45,397 bases of DNA, from positions 1-45,397 of IMG/VR virus record IMGVR_UViG_3300032024_000088. The stretch is one strand, 5' to 3'. The translations under genes were made by a program, and so were the position numbers. The notes beneath the pieces were generated by a model. The model saw only the letters and a list, made by a program, of their open reading frames with translations, ran no database searches and was not told the DNA's origin. The first letter of the stretch is position 1. Each line of letters opens with the position of its first letter. The stretch is from a virus. Lineage: Duplodnaviria > Caudoviricetes. Positions 37,346-44,449 of this stretch are shown piece by piece.

Positions 37346-37550
37346 TTTCTTCTCCCGGTCGATTACCATTTTTGTATTCGGCAAACACTTTTCGAATCTG
37401 CCGCTGTACTGCAAGGTGGGATGGGATAGTATCAATCCAGTCATCCCAGATGGCGTCAAGGTCTACCTTGGCTGGGTCGAAACCAAGGGACTCAAGGCGA
37501 GTGAAGATAGCCTTTTCATATTCAGCAAGCGTCTTTTCAATTGAGCACAT
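37338..37550 (-). CDS. Hypothetical protein
   Basis: AAAGGA RBS before MCSIEK; fits the operon. Confidence 0.55.
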   Translation of the reverse strand: MCSIEKTLAEYEKAIFTRLESLGFDPAKVDLDAIWDDWIDTIPSHLAVQRQIRKVFAEYKNGNRPGEENA

Positions 37551-37560
37551 TTGGATTCCT

Positions 37561-37764
37561 TTAGTAACGGTTTCCTGCATCTGGGTCATGTTGATCTTCG
37601 TCGAGTTGCATTCCACAGTGGATGCACTCCCAGTAACGCTCGCGGTGTGTGCCGAAGGCATGGTCAAAGGAGTTATCAACAAACTCCCATACATGCTTGT
37701 CCGCTGGGCAGACAGGCAAGGTATCTTCATCGTCATCGTCATAGTCATCGTGTGAATCTACCAT
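37561..37764 (-). CDS. Acidic Cys/His hypothetical protein
   Basis: AGGAG RBS; acidic N-terminus; C..H..CIHC. Confidence 0.55.
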   Translation of the reverse strand: MVDSHDDYDDDDEDTLPVCPADKHVWEFVDNSFDHAFGTHRERYWECIHCGMQLDEDQHDPDAGNRY

Positions 37765-37776
37765 CTTACTCTCCTG

Positions 37777-38223
37777 TTAATCCAAGAACCTTGCAATAGC
37801 CACGCCGTCCAACAGGGGCGAGGATAGTGCAGCATTCAACATACTGTAGTAGTGGTCGGACTGATATGATACGTCGTATTTGCTGTCAGAGAACTTCCAC
37901 ACTCGGTGATTGTAGAGCATAAGGGTGATGGCGGCGCCGAAGGTGAACTCGTTCATTGTGCCAGTGTACCAATTGGATGCAACATGTACTTTGTATGTGC
38001 CAACTGGGGCAATTAAGAACTGGCAGCCATCAATTGTTTGAGTTTTCCAGTCTACTGCTTGTATTTTGTTGCTGTAGGCCCTCTCAGACACAATGTAATC
38101 TTTTGAATACATTGAAGCTGCGTTGAAGATGTCTTGTTGCAACTCTACCAGCTCAAAGGGAGTATTATCTCCCCGTGGATGAGGGAACATTTGCTGTAGA
38201 TCAAGTAAGGTAAGTCGTTTCAT
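37777..38223 (-). CDS. ArdB/KlcA-like antirestriction protein
   Basis: DY...W...G.QF.AP...NWYTGTMN..FGAAITL..Y...HYY.ML..A...AIARFLD matches the KlcA/ArdB pattern. Confidence 0.65.
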   Translation of the reverse strand: MKRLTLLDLQQMFPHPRGDNTPFELVELQQDIFNAASMYSKDYIVSERAYSNKIQAVDWKTQTIDGCQFLIAPVGTYKVHVASNWYTGTMNEFTFGAAITLMLYNHRVWKFSDSKYDVSYQSDHYYSMLNAALSSPLLDGVAIARFLD

Positions 38224-38224
38224 G

Positions 38225-38662
38225 TTATTCTCCCTTCCGTATGTTTGACCAGACTACATCACTGGGAAGCACAATCCGTTCCATCTCTTTCAGGAATGTT
38301 GAAAGATGAATGGGTGTATTGAGAGATACGAGTTCCATATCAGCTCTCAGGTCAGGGATGAGAGAGTGCCAGTATGGATTAAGGATGACGTCACTGTTGA
38401 GGTGAAAGTCATGTCGGGCAATCTCATACCGGTATGATGTACGATGCCGAGCTGCCTCAAGCATTGTCATGTAGCCTTTTTCAAGAGCCTTCAAGACTTT
38501 GTCCTTCCCGTGAATGTTTACGTACTCGCCAAGTACCCACTTCCCTCTTGGCTGTTGCCAGATAGCAATACAGAACAGCCGGGTTAGGTTCTTGTCGTAG
38601 ATAATCCAATCTTTCTGGCTACCACCAGTGAATTCAAGTTGCAAGGCGGAAGGAATTTTCAT
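38225..38662 (-). CDS. Hypothetical protein
   Basis: AAGGA RBS; 145-aa ORF in the early operon. Confidence 0.6.
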   Translation of the reverse strand: MKIPSALQLEFTGGSQKDWIIYDKNLTRLFCIAIWQQPRGKWVLGEYVNIHGKDKVLKALEKGYMTMLEAARHRTSYRYEIARHDFHLNSDVILNPYWHSLIPDLRADMELVSLNTPIHLSTFLKEMERIVLPSDVVWSNIRKGE

Positions 38663-38679
38663 TTTTATGGGTTCCTTTT

Positions 38680-38696
38680 TGTTACACGATGAAACA
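38680..38696. promoter_or_regulatory. parS-like palindrome TGTTACA-CGA-TGAAACA
   Basis: Intergenic member of the repeat family. Confidence 0.7.
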
Positions 38697-38701
38697 ATCA
38701 G

Positions 38702-38941
38702 TTATATTGTCACAATGACAGCGAACTTTCGCCGTAACCTTTGCACGCAGCCCAACAGGGAAGTGGGGGAGGTCGTGACGACTTTGCAAGGGTGACATTC
38801 CAATCGGTGCTCTGTGGCTTCCTCCAATGTGGGAACGCCTACGCCGAAGATGTAGTATTTCATGTCACGGCCACACTTAGGGCACTCAGGGATGTTTGTC
38901 CCCATGAGGGGGAGGTTGGCTGAGGTTAGCTGCCTTTGCAT
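38702..38941 (-). CDS. Zn-ribbon hypothetical protein
   Basis: CPKC...CHPC; GGAG RBS. Confidence 0.6.
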   Translation of the reverse strand: MQRQLTSANLPLMGTNIPECPKCGRDMKYYIFGVGVPTLEEATEHRLECHPCKVVTTSPTSLLGCVQRLRRKFAVIVTI

Positions 38942-38963
38942 TATTGTTCTCCCGTTGCCGCCA

Positions 38964-39212
38964 TCACGGCGTAAACCTCTTGCGGTATTCGGCGAGCCCG
39001 TCGTCTGCCCATTTCACCGAATGCCCATAAGGTGTCCGATCAGATGCCACGGCATGGCAGTAGATCATCAGCCACACCTCATGGTCTGGTCTCGGATGGA
39101 TTGCAGCATCAGCGAGTCGCTGCATACTTTCTGCAGCTGATCTATACGCCGCAATATGTTCTTCGGCGGCAGCGGCGCTGTTTTCAGTTTGTGCATTCTC
39201 CATCTTCATCAC
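38964..39212 (-). CDS. Hypothetical protein (cassette region)
   Basis: AAGGAG RBS; W..IY..A...WAD..L..Y.KRF pattern. Confidence 0.6.
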   Translation of the reverse strand: MMKMENAQTENSAAAAEEHIAAYRSAAESMQRLADAAIHPRPDHEVWLMIYCHAVASDRTPYGHSVKWADDGLAEYRKRFTP

Positions 39213-39496
39213 TCCTTGTTCGTTTCGTGGTGCGGGGCGCCGGTTACTTCGGCGTTAGAAGGCGTCCTTCGTGCCAATTCAGCATCCATTGCTACGATGT
39301 GCCCATTGAACACATGCGCGCTCTTACGTCGCAGCATCGCCACAGTGTTAGCCAAATGGCTATCCGCCATGTCGGTCAGTTTCATAAATCGTCCGTCGCG
39401 GCACTTCCAGACGGAAAAATCTTTTTCTGCTTTGAACGGGCATTCTAAATCCATCTCCCGCTCAATTGCCATTTCTGCGTATTCACCCATTTCCAT
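39209..39496 (-). CDS. Hypothetical protein carried in an attC-bounded cassette
   Basis: W..RDG...LTDMADSHLAN motif; C-terminus reads through an attC arm (PSNAEVTG). Confidence 0.7.
   Translation of the reverse strand: MEMGEYAEMAIEREMDLECPFKAEKDFSVWKCRDGRFMKLTDMADSHLANTVAMLRRKSAHVFNGHIVAMDAELARRTPSNAEVTGAPHHETNKE
39232..39263 (+). mobile_element. Right half of an attC-like site (L' GGTTACT-N5-R' GTTAGAA)
   Basis: GTTAGAAGGC at 39254-39263 is the exact reverse complement of GCCTTCTAAC at 39511-39520. Confidence 0.6.
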
Positions 39497-39510
39497 CTCC
39501 TTATCAACCA

Positions 39511-39531
39511 GCCTTCTAACGTGCGTTAGCC
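39511..39531 (+). mobile_element. Internally deleted attC remnant (TTCTAAC-gtgc-GTTAGCC)
   Basis: R'' and R' boxes separated by only 4 nt, at a gene boundary. Confidence 0.5.
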
Positions 39532-39532
39532 G

Positions 39533-40003
39533 TCATGTGTTGCTCGTCGGCCACAGTGCGCGCCCAAGATCAATCTCTGTGTACTCGCGTAGGCAGTTGT
39601 GGTCGGCGTCATAGATCGCCGGCACGTTCACCGTCATTCGCACGTCCTCGCCCCACTCCGGGTAGCCTTGGTAGTGGTCTTTGGCTTCAAGCTCCGCGCC
39701 GTACTTGTCCAGCAGTGCTTGCAGCTCGGCCTTAAACGCCTGCGCAACTTGTTCTTTTGTCTGCATCTTCAATCTCCACGCGTTGGTACTCCCGGTGCAG
39801 CCAGGCCAAATGTACGGGCTTGCTGTCACATGCCCGGTATACGCCTCGATCTTCTGGAGCAGGCGCGTGATGCGCGGCACACCCTCACTGAGCGGAGACC
39901 TGCTCAGGTACTCCCGGTGCAGCCAGGCCAATTCGTCTGCCGCCTCGGTCAGCAGCCCAACAGTTACGTCAACCGGACCTTGCGCAATAGGCGTTGTGCT
40001 CAT
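39533..40003 (-). CDS. Hypothetical protein (possibly two fused genes; internal RBS before MQTKEQ)
   Basis: Its start codon and AAGGAG lie in the loop of the attC at 39955-40048. Confidence 0.6.
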   Translation of the reverse strand: MSTTPIAQGPVDVTVGLLTEAADELAWLHREYLSRSPLSEGVPRITRLLQKIEAYTGHVTASPYIWPGCTGSTNAWRLKMQTKEQVAQAFKAELQALLDKYGAELEAKDHYQGYPEWGEDVRMTVNVPAIYDADHNCLREYTEIDLGRALWPTSNT

Positions 40004-40048
40004 GATTTATCTCCTTCCGGCGCAAGGCCGGTTACGTTAGTGTTAGGG
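39955..40048 (+). mobile_element. Complete integron attC-like site
   Basis: GCCCAAC-AGTTA-CGTCAACC-GGACCTTGCGC..loop..GCGCAAGGCC-GGTTACG-TTAGT-GTTAGGG, with unpaired C and A on the left arm. Confidence 0.8.
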
Positions 40049-40257
40049 GCGTGCGGTTTGCCACCATCATCAAAGCAAAACAATGTCGGCCCATTCGCCA
40101 TCAATTCCCAATTGCGCCCCAAGTCCATTCCAGCCATAAACTGCATTCTCTGCCTGTCCAACCATTCAGTGACAGCGCCGCGATCAAACGCATCGGCAAT
40201 CGTTTTTCTGTTGTTGGTAATCACAGTGCCGATCTTCGCTCCAACAATTTCCCTCAT
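40000..40257 (-). CDS. Hypothetical protein carried in an attC-bounded cassette
   Basis: Bounded by GTTAGGG (40042) and CCCTAAC (40265); C-terminus PNTNVTGLAP is encoded by the attC arm. Confidence 0.6.
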   Translation of the reverse strand: MREIVGAKIGTVITNNRKTIADAFDRGAVTEWLDRQRMQFMAGMDLGRNWELMANGPTLFCFDDGGKPHAPNTNVTGLAPEGDKS

Positions 40258-40264
40258 AATTTCA

Positions 40265-40354
40265 CCCTAACTATGGGTTCAAGGCGACGCCGGGGACGGG
40301 CTATCGCTTGTCTGATCTTTCGGCGGCCCGTCGCGCCTTAACCCGGCGTCCGCC
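40265..40354 (+). mobile_element. attC-like site with degenerate R'
   Basis: CCCTAAC-TATGG-GTTCAAGG-CGACG..GACGGGC..GCCCGTC-GCG-CCTTAAC-CCGGC-GTCCGCC. Confidence 0.72.
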
Positions 40355-40366
40355 ATCGTGCCACCG

Positions 40367-40483
40367 TCATAAGTCGCCTCTTTCGCCGAGGATGTTTGCC
40401 GCAACCACAACGGCTGCCATCATGGCGTAAATCCAGAGCCAGATCGGCTTCTCAGCCCATCGGCCACGCGGCCAAATCTTCAT
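40367..40483 (-). CDS. 38-aa single-TM microprotein (not in ORF track)
   Basis: GGAGG RBS; ATGA coupling; MKIWPRGRWAEKPIWLWIYAMMAAVVVAANIL. Confidence 0.5.
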   Translation of the reverse strand: MKIWPRGRWAEKPIWLWIYAMMAAVVVAANILGERGDL

Positions 40484-40614
40484 GGATTCACCTCCGGCTC
40501 CTGCTCACCGCGCTCTTCCATGCGCTTTAGCGTCGCCAAGATTTCATCGCACTTGGCAATGCTCGCGTCGCACGATGCGATCACCTTTGCTACAAGTTCT
40601 TCAATACTTGTCAT
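40480..40614 (-). CDS. 44-aa helical microprotein (not in ORF track)
   Basis: GGAG RBS; MTSIEELVAKVIASCDASIAKCDEIL. Confidence 0.5.
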   Translation of the reverse strand: MTSIEELVAKVIASCDASIAKCDEILATLKRMEERGEQEPEVNP

Positions 40615-40615
40615 G

Positions 40616-40846
40616 TCAATCTCCCCATTTGGCTATTACCTTGTAATAGTAACGATCCGCCTTAGCAAGTCTTCGTTGTTGCCGTGCTGACACAATGCCC
40701 TTGCGCCGTTCGCGGCGGAGTGCTGCTCGTTGAGGGTTAGTGCTGGCTTGTTGGCGAGCCAACAAGGATGGCGGGGCCGGCGGCGCACTCTTACGACGAC
40801 TGGTAAGTGATGCGGCAAGTGTGTCGAATAGTTCGTTGATGTCCAT
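40616..40846 (-). CDS. Arg-rich hypothetical protein
   Basis: AAAGGA RBS before MDINEL; SARQQRRLAK. Confidence 0.55.
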   Translation of the reverse strand: MDINELFDTLAASLTSRRKSAPPAPPSLLARQQASTNPQRAALRRERRKGIVSARQQRRLAKADRYYYKVIAKWGD

Positions 40847-40847
40847 T

Positions 40848-41237
40848 TTATATCCTTTCTGGGTTGCAGTCGGAGTGGCCAAGTAACACACGTTGCTCTT
40901 CTTCCGGCAAACTCGCAATCGCCGCGATTATGTCATTCCAGCGTTCTTTCTTCGTTTTGCAAGATTGCGCGCGCACTTCCCGTGTTGCCATAACAACTGG
41001 GTCATTGTGCAAGGGATGGGCGGCACATTCAAAGATGTGTGTTTCTGGCACATGAGGTGGGTCACTGTGCTGCCAGGCTGCGCGACATAGTTCAATTATG
41101 TGCGCTTGCGCGTAGTGTTTGAGTTGCTCCGCTGTCACGCCATCCCAGTCGATTGTTAGCATAGTGGGCTGATGGGTGCGCTTGGGAGATGGTTGTGTGA
41201 GGAGGCGGATGGTGGTTCTGCCTGATGGGAGGGTCAT
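40848..41237 (-). CDS. Hypothetical protein, paralog of 43052-43387
   Basis: LTIDWDGVTAEQL...AWQ resembles LELDWEGVERDSL...AWQ. Confidence 0.6.
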   Translation of the reverse strand: MTLPSGRTTIRLLTQPSPKRTHQPTMLTIDWDGVTAEQLKHYAQAHIIELCRAAWQHSDPPHVPETHIFECAAHPLHNDPVVMATREVRAQSCKTKKERWNDIIAAIASLPEEEQRVLLGHSDCNPERI

Positions 41238-41238
41238 G

Positions 41239-41409
41239 TTAGATAACCCCCAGCACCACCATAAGTGTAACGGCAGCCTCATTGGCGGGGTAGACATATG
41301 TGGTATCCCCCAAATGCCAGTCTGGCGAATCTACACGGATAATTACTGCCAAGTTGGAGGGAAATTGGGAAAGAAGTGTTTGCAATTGGCCAACAGTGAT
41401 GTTGCTCAT
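41239..41409 (-). CDS. Hypothetical protein
   Basis: AAGGA RBS; ITVGQLQTLLSQFPSNLAV is a common phage small-protein start. Confidence 0.6.
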   Translation of the reverse strand: MSNITVGQLQTLLSQFPSNLAVIIRVDSPDWHLGDTTYVYPANEAAVTLMVVLGVI

Positions 41410-41538
41410 GTTAATTTCCTTGATTGTTTGGTTAGATGAACCCAACATGATTGCATGGGTTCACCCTGTTAATGTCCCAACCGGGGCGAATGTTACCGGT
41501 CTAATGGTGGTCTAACCAACCGGGGTTCCCCATCGAAT

Positions 41539-41555
41539 TGTTTCACGATGAAACA
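41539..41555. promoter_or_regulatory. parS-like palindrome TGTTTCA-CGA-TGAAACA
   Basis: Overlaps the stop codon of 41543-42094. Confidence 0.7.
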
Positions 41556-42094
41556 TCAACGTATCGTTCACCGTTAGGTAGCCGTATCGGCTCACCGGGG
41601 TAGACCACGGGGAAGAGGGCCAACCATTCCTTCTCCCACCGTTCCCTTGCTGCCCCCGTCATGTCACTGGCCCATTCCCTTTGCAACCCCGCCAGTCGCT
41701 TGCCAGCCTCCGTTGGCCGTGGCGTAACTGGAGCATCCACTCGGTTGGACACAGGAACGGATGGGAGGGATGATTGTTGCTCCGGCTGCACCGGCTGCCT
41801 TAGTCCATTCACACCAAAGGATGATCCTGCCAATTCCACCTGTTTAGTAATGGCGAGTTTGCGACCCTGTCCTTGTGTGCTGGGCAGGAATTGCTGCATT
41901 AGTTCATTGTACTCGAAGCCATCCCGTTCTGGAATCATCCCAGCAGTGCGGGCTGTCTCCAACAACACCGCGAGGGTGTACGAAACTGACTGGCTGAATC
42001 CCATAGCTGGCATTGCATGTGCCTTACACACATCCGCCACTGCCATGGCATCCTTCGGAGATACCCGCATCCTCACCACTCGCCCAGCCTTCAT
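41543..42094 (-). CDS. Hypothetical protein, possible ribbon-helix-helix N-terminus
   Basis: GGAG RBS; RVVRMRVS strand followed by helices. Confidence 0.6.
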   Translation of the reverse strand: MKAGRVVRMRVSPKDAMAVADVCKAHAMPAMGFSQSVSYTLAVLLETARTAGMIPERDGFEYNELMQQFLPSTQGQGRKLAITKQVELAGSSFGVNGLRQPVQPEQQSSLPSVPVSNRVDAPVTPRPTEAGKRLAGLQREWASDMTGAARERWEKEWLALFPVVYPGEPIRLPNGERYVDVSS

Positions 42095-42369
42095 GTCCGC
42101 TCCCCTAGCTGTAATTTACTGACCTGTAACATAACCGTGCGCAGGTCGGCCGCCACCCTTGCCAATTCCATCACTGCCGGAACGCTGCCGGCGAGTGGAT
42201 TTAGTTCAAGTGCCATACTATGTGCAATGGTTAGTGATTCAATCGCACTCCCGATGTTATCCATAATGCGATCTTTGCTTGGCCGGAAGACCAATTCTGT
42301 TTTACCATTATCTTGCATATTTATTTCCTTATCCAATTGCCTATTCAATGGCCTAGTTTCCCATGACAT
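42091..42369 (-). CDS. Hypothetical protein
   Basis: Coupled to the downstream gene; start uncertain. Confidence 0.45.
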   Translation of the reverse strand: MSWETRPLNRQLDKEINMQDNGKTELVFRPSKDRIMDNIGSAIESLTIAHSMALELNPLAGSVPAVMELARVAADLRTVMLQVSKLQLGERT

Positions 42370-42454
42370 TAGTTGCCCCCGTGTGTGCGTGTGCGTGAAC
42401 ATACGTACGTGCTGTGCCGGTCATTGCCCGGTTGGTCATTATACCGGTTTTGTT

Positions 42455-42672
42455 CACCCGTTGCCATGTTGCCACATTGCCATGTTTCCATGTTTCAATG
42501 TTTGTATCCCCCATCCATCCATCTAATTTTTTTTTTTCAGTTTTTTTAGGAACGGGCATGGCCCATTGAAACATTGAAACATTGAAACATAACAACATGA
42601 TAACAAAGCAACATAACAACATGTGAACATGTGAACACAATCGACCAAACCCAAACCGTTTCACGTGAAACA
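42455..42672. repeat. Iteron-like short repeats flanking a poly-T tract (candidate origin/centromere)
   Basis: CATGTT/CATGTTTC repeats, T11+T7 tract, (ATTGAAAC)x3, (CATGTGAA)x2, ending in CGTTTCACGTGAAACA. Confidence 0.65.
42657..42672. promoter_or_regulatory. parS: Canonical bacterial parS site (15/16 match)
   Basis: CGTTTCACGTGAAACA vs consensus TGTTTCACGTGAAACA. Confidence 0.7.
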
Positions 42673-42676
42673 CGCA

Positions 42677-42702
42677 CAACAAAAAACCGGCACTAGGCCG
42701 GC
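42677..42702 (-). terminator. Rho-independent terminator
   Basis: Minus strand CCGGC-CTAGT-GCCGG followed by TTTTTTGTT, downstream of 42732-42989. Confidence 0.7.
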
Positions 42703-42731
42703 TCTTTGTCTACGTTGGTTACCCCTTGTTG

Positions 42732-42989
42732 CTACACTAAATCAAAGTGAATGGATTTTACCACCAGCTTTGATCGGCCGTACAGTTCGTCTACAAACAC
42801 TAGACGATCCGTTGGTTTGACGCCCAACCAGAAATTATCACAATCCTCGTCGGGAACAATTCTCGTCATTGTTCCTAAGCCAGAACAATCTAACTTTAGC
42901 ATGAGTTGGATAGTGTTTGTTTTTGCATGGCGCATGGTTACCGTCGTGGTTACCTCGTCGTATTCCATGTAACAAGGAATTCTTTGCAT
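42732..42989 (-). CDS. Hypothetical early protein
   Basis: GGAG RBS; 85 aa. Confidence 0.55.
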   Translation of the reverse strand: MQRIPCYMEYDEVTTTVTMRHAKTNTIQLMLKLDCSGLGTMTRIVPDEDCDNFWLGVKPTDRLVFVDELYGRSKLVVKSIHFDLV

Positions 42990-43051
42990 GTTTGTTACTC
43001 CGGTTGTGAAATGGAAAGAGCCGGCACGGAATTGTACCGGCTCATGTTACA

Positions 43052-43387
43052 TTACTTGCCAGCCCGCAATGCCGCAATGCGCGCTTCCAGTGCGGCCAGC
43101 GCGTCATCATCCATGCCAGCCAGCGCAGCATTGGCTCGTTGTGCGGGTGTGGCTTTCGTACGCGTCCGGTTGCCGAGTTCCAGCACGGATACGGTATCGC
43201 TGGCTGGGATTGTGCCAGCTTTGCGCGCCGTAGCTTGCCATGCGATCACTACCGCCTTTGTCGCCCACTCAATCAGCGAGTCCCTTTCCACACCTTCCCA
43301 ATCCAGTTCCAATTTGGTTTCAACCTTGTTTTTGTCGGTTTCATTAACGCGAGTTTTGCACGTTACATTGGTGATGTTAGCATTCAT
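43052..43387 (-). CDS. First early protein, paralog of 40848-41237
   Basis: LDWEGV..L..WA....IAWQ; ends LEARIAALRAGK. Confidence 0.7.
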   Translation of the reverse strand: MNANITNVTCKTRVNETDKNKVETKLELDWEGVERDSLIEWATKAVVIAWQATARKAGTIPASDTVSVLELGNRTRTKATPAQRANAALAGMDDDALAALEARIAALRAGK

Positions 43388-43733
43388 GTTCGTTTGTCCG
43401 TTGTACGTACCCGATTGGTACATACATTAATGTCCCAATCGGGTACGTTGTTACAATCTAATTTCACCAATCACTAACCAATTCAGTTAGTGTTCATGCT
43501 GTGCTGCCCAGCTTTGCGCGCCAAACATAGTGCACCGCAGCACTAACAAAATCCCATGCCATGCCGTATAGGATCCACACCAAAGAGGCTGGGGGGAAAA
43601 TTGACGCGCGTGTGTCCGGGGGGAAAAGGCACTTTCTCACCCGCGAATCAACTGAAACATGTTAGTGCCGTTCGTTCTGTTAGGGGCGGTTGTACTGACC
43701 ACGGTTGGGGATGGTCATTTGGCCTGCCCGGCA

Positions 43734-43742
43734 TGGTATAAT
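43734..43742 (+). promoter_or_regulatory. Extended -10 sigma70 promoter (TGgTATAAT) for the packaging/structural arm
   Basis: Perfect TGnTATAAT about 30 bp upstream of the first + strand ORF; no good -35. Confidence 0.55.
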
Positions 43743-43773
43743 GCGCACTGGAAGGTGAGATGGGAGAGGGAAG

Positions 43774-43923
43774 ATGAAGGTGCAAGAGGATGTGCCCCTG
43801 CAGGCGTTTGTGCAAGGGATGCTGGACGAACGGCAGCGGAGGCATCTTGATATTGTGAGGGAAACTCTGTTGGAGAATACTTCTGCCTTGGATCGGCAAG
43901 CGGCAGAGGAAGTGCGGGAATGA
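43774..43923 (+). CDS. 49-aa hypothetical protein (not in ORF track)
   Basis: GAGGG RBS; MKVQEDVPLQ...EEVRE*; TGA overlaps the terS ATG. Confidence 0.5.
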   Translation: MKVQEDVPLQAFVQGMLDERQRRHLDIVRETLLENTSALDRQAAEEVRE

Positions 43924-44441
43924 TTGCAGTTCCTGCCGTGATGGAATGGGAGGAGAAGGGGGAAACTGGGCAGCCATTTGAGTTGAAGAAACTCTCTGGG
44001 AAACACAAACAAGTATGTGCCCTCCTAGCGCAGGGGATTGATCGAACGACTATTGCATCACTTGTGGATTTCACGCCCGAGTACATCACCATGCTTGCAA
44101 AGGAGCCTCTTTGCAAACAGTACATTATGGACATGAATGAGTTGGCAGGTCTTCAGCTCTCGGCCATGTTTACCAAGAGTGTTGAAGTCATTGCAGATGC
44201 AATGGACAACGGAAATATGCAGGAGAAACTGAAAGGTGCCCGACTGCAATTGGAAGCCACACACAGAATTGGCGCAGCCGACCCTAACCCTGCCCCTACT
44301 CAGACCACGGATGACCGCCTTGAGAGGCTGGCAAACCGCTTGGTTGACCTCCTCGCCAGGAATACTCCCAAAGAACCCATCGAAGGTTTCCTTGCAGTTG
44401 ACGAGGAACCAACTCCCTCCCCGCAGTTGGCACTTTTTTAG
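43920..44441 (+). CDS. terS: Terminase small subunit (putative)
   Basis: N-terminal HTH (LLAQGIDRTTIASLVDFTPEYIT), EKLKGARLQLE helix; first large gene of the packaging arm. Confidence 0.6.
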   Translation: MIAVPAVMEWEEKGETGQPFELKKLSGKHKQVCALLAQGIDRTTIASLVDFTPEYITMLAKEPLCKQYIMDMNELAGLQLSAMFTKSVEVIADAMDNGNMQEKLKGARLQLEATHRIGAADPNPAPTQTTDDRLERLANRLVDLLARNTPKEPIEGFLAVDEEPTPSPQLALF

Positions 44442-44449
44442 GATTCCGC

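Noticed and set aside
38958-40357. CCGCCATC direct repeat as target-site duplication of the cassette island
   Set aside because: Only 8 bp in a GC-rich stretch; could be chance.
42455-42640. CRISPR array or mini-array
   Set aside because: Repeats are 6-8 bp and abutting, with no unique spacers; the Cas4-like nuclease is a standard phage recombination gene.
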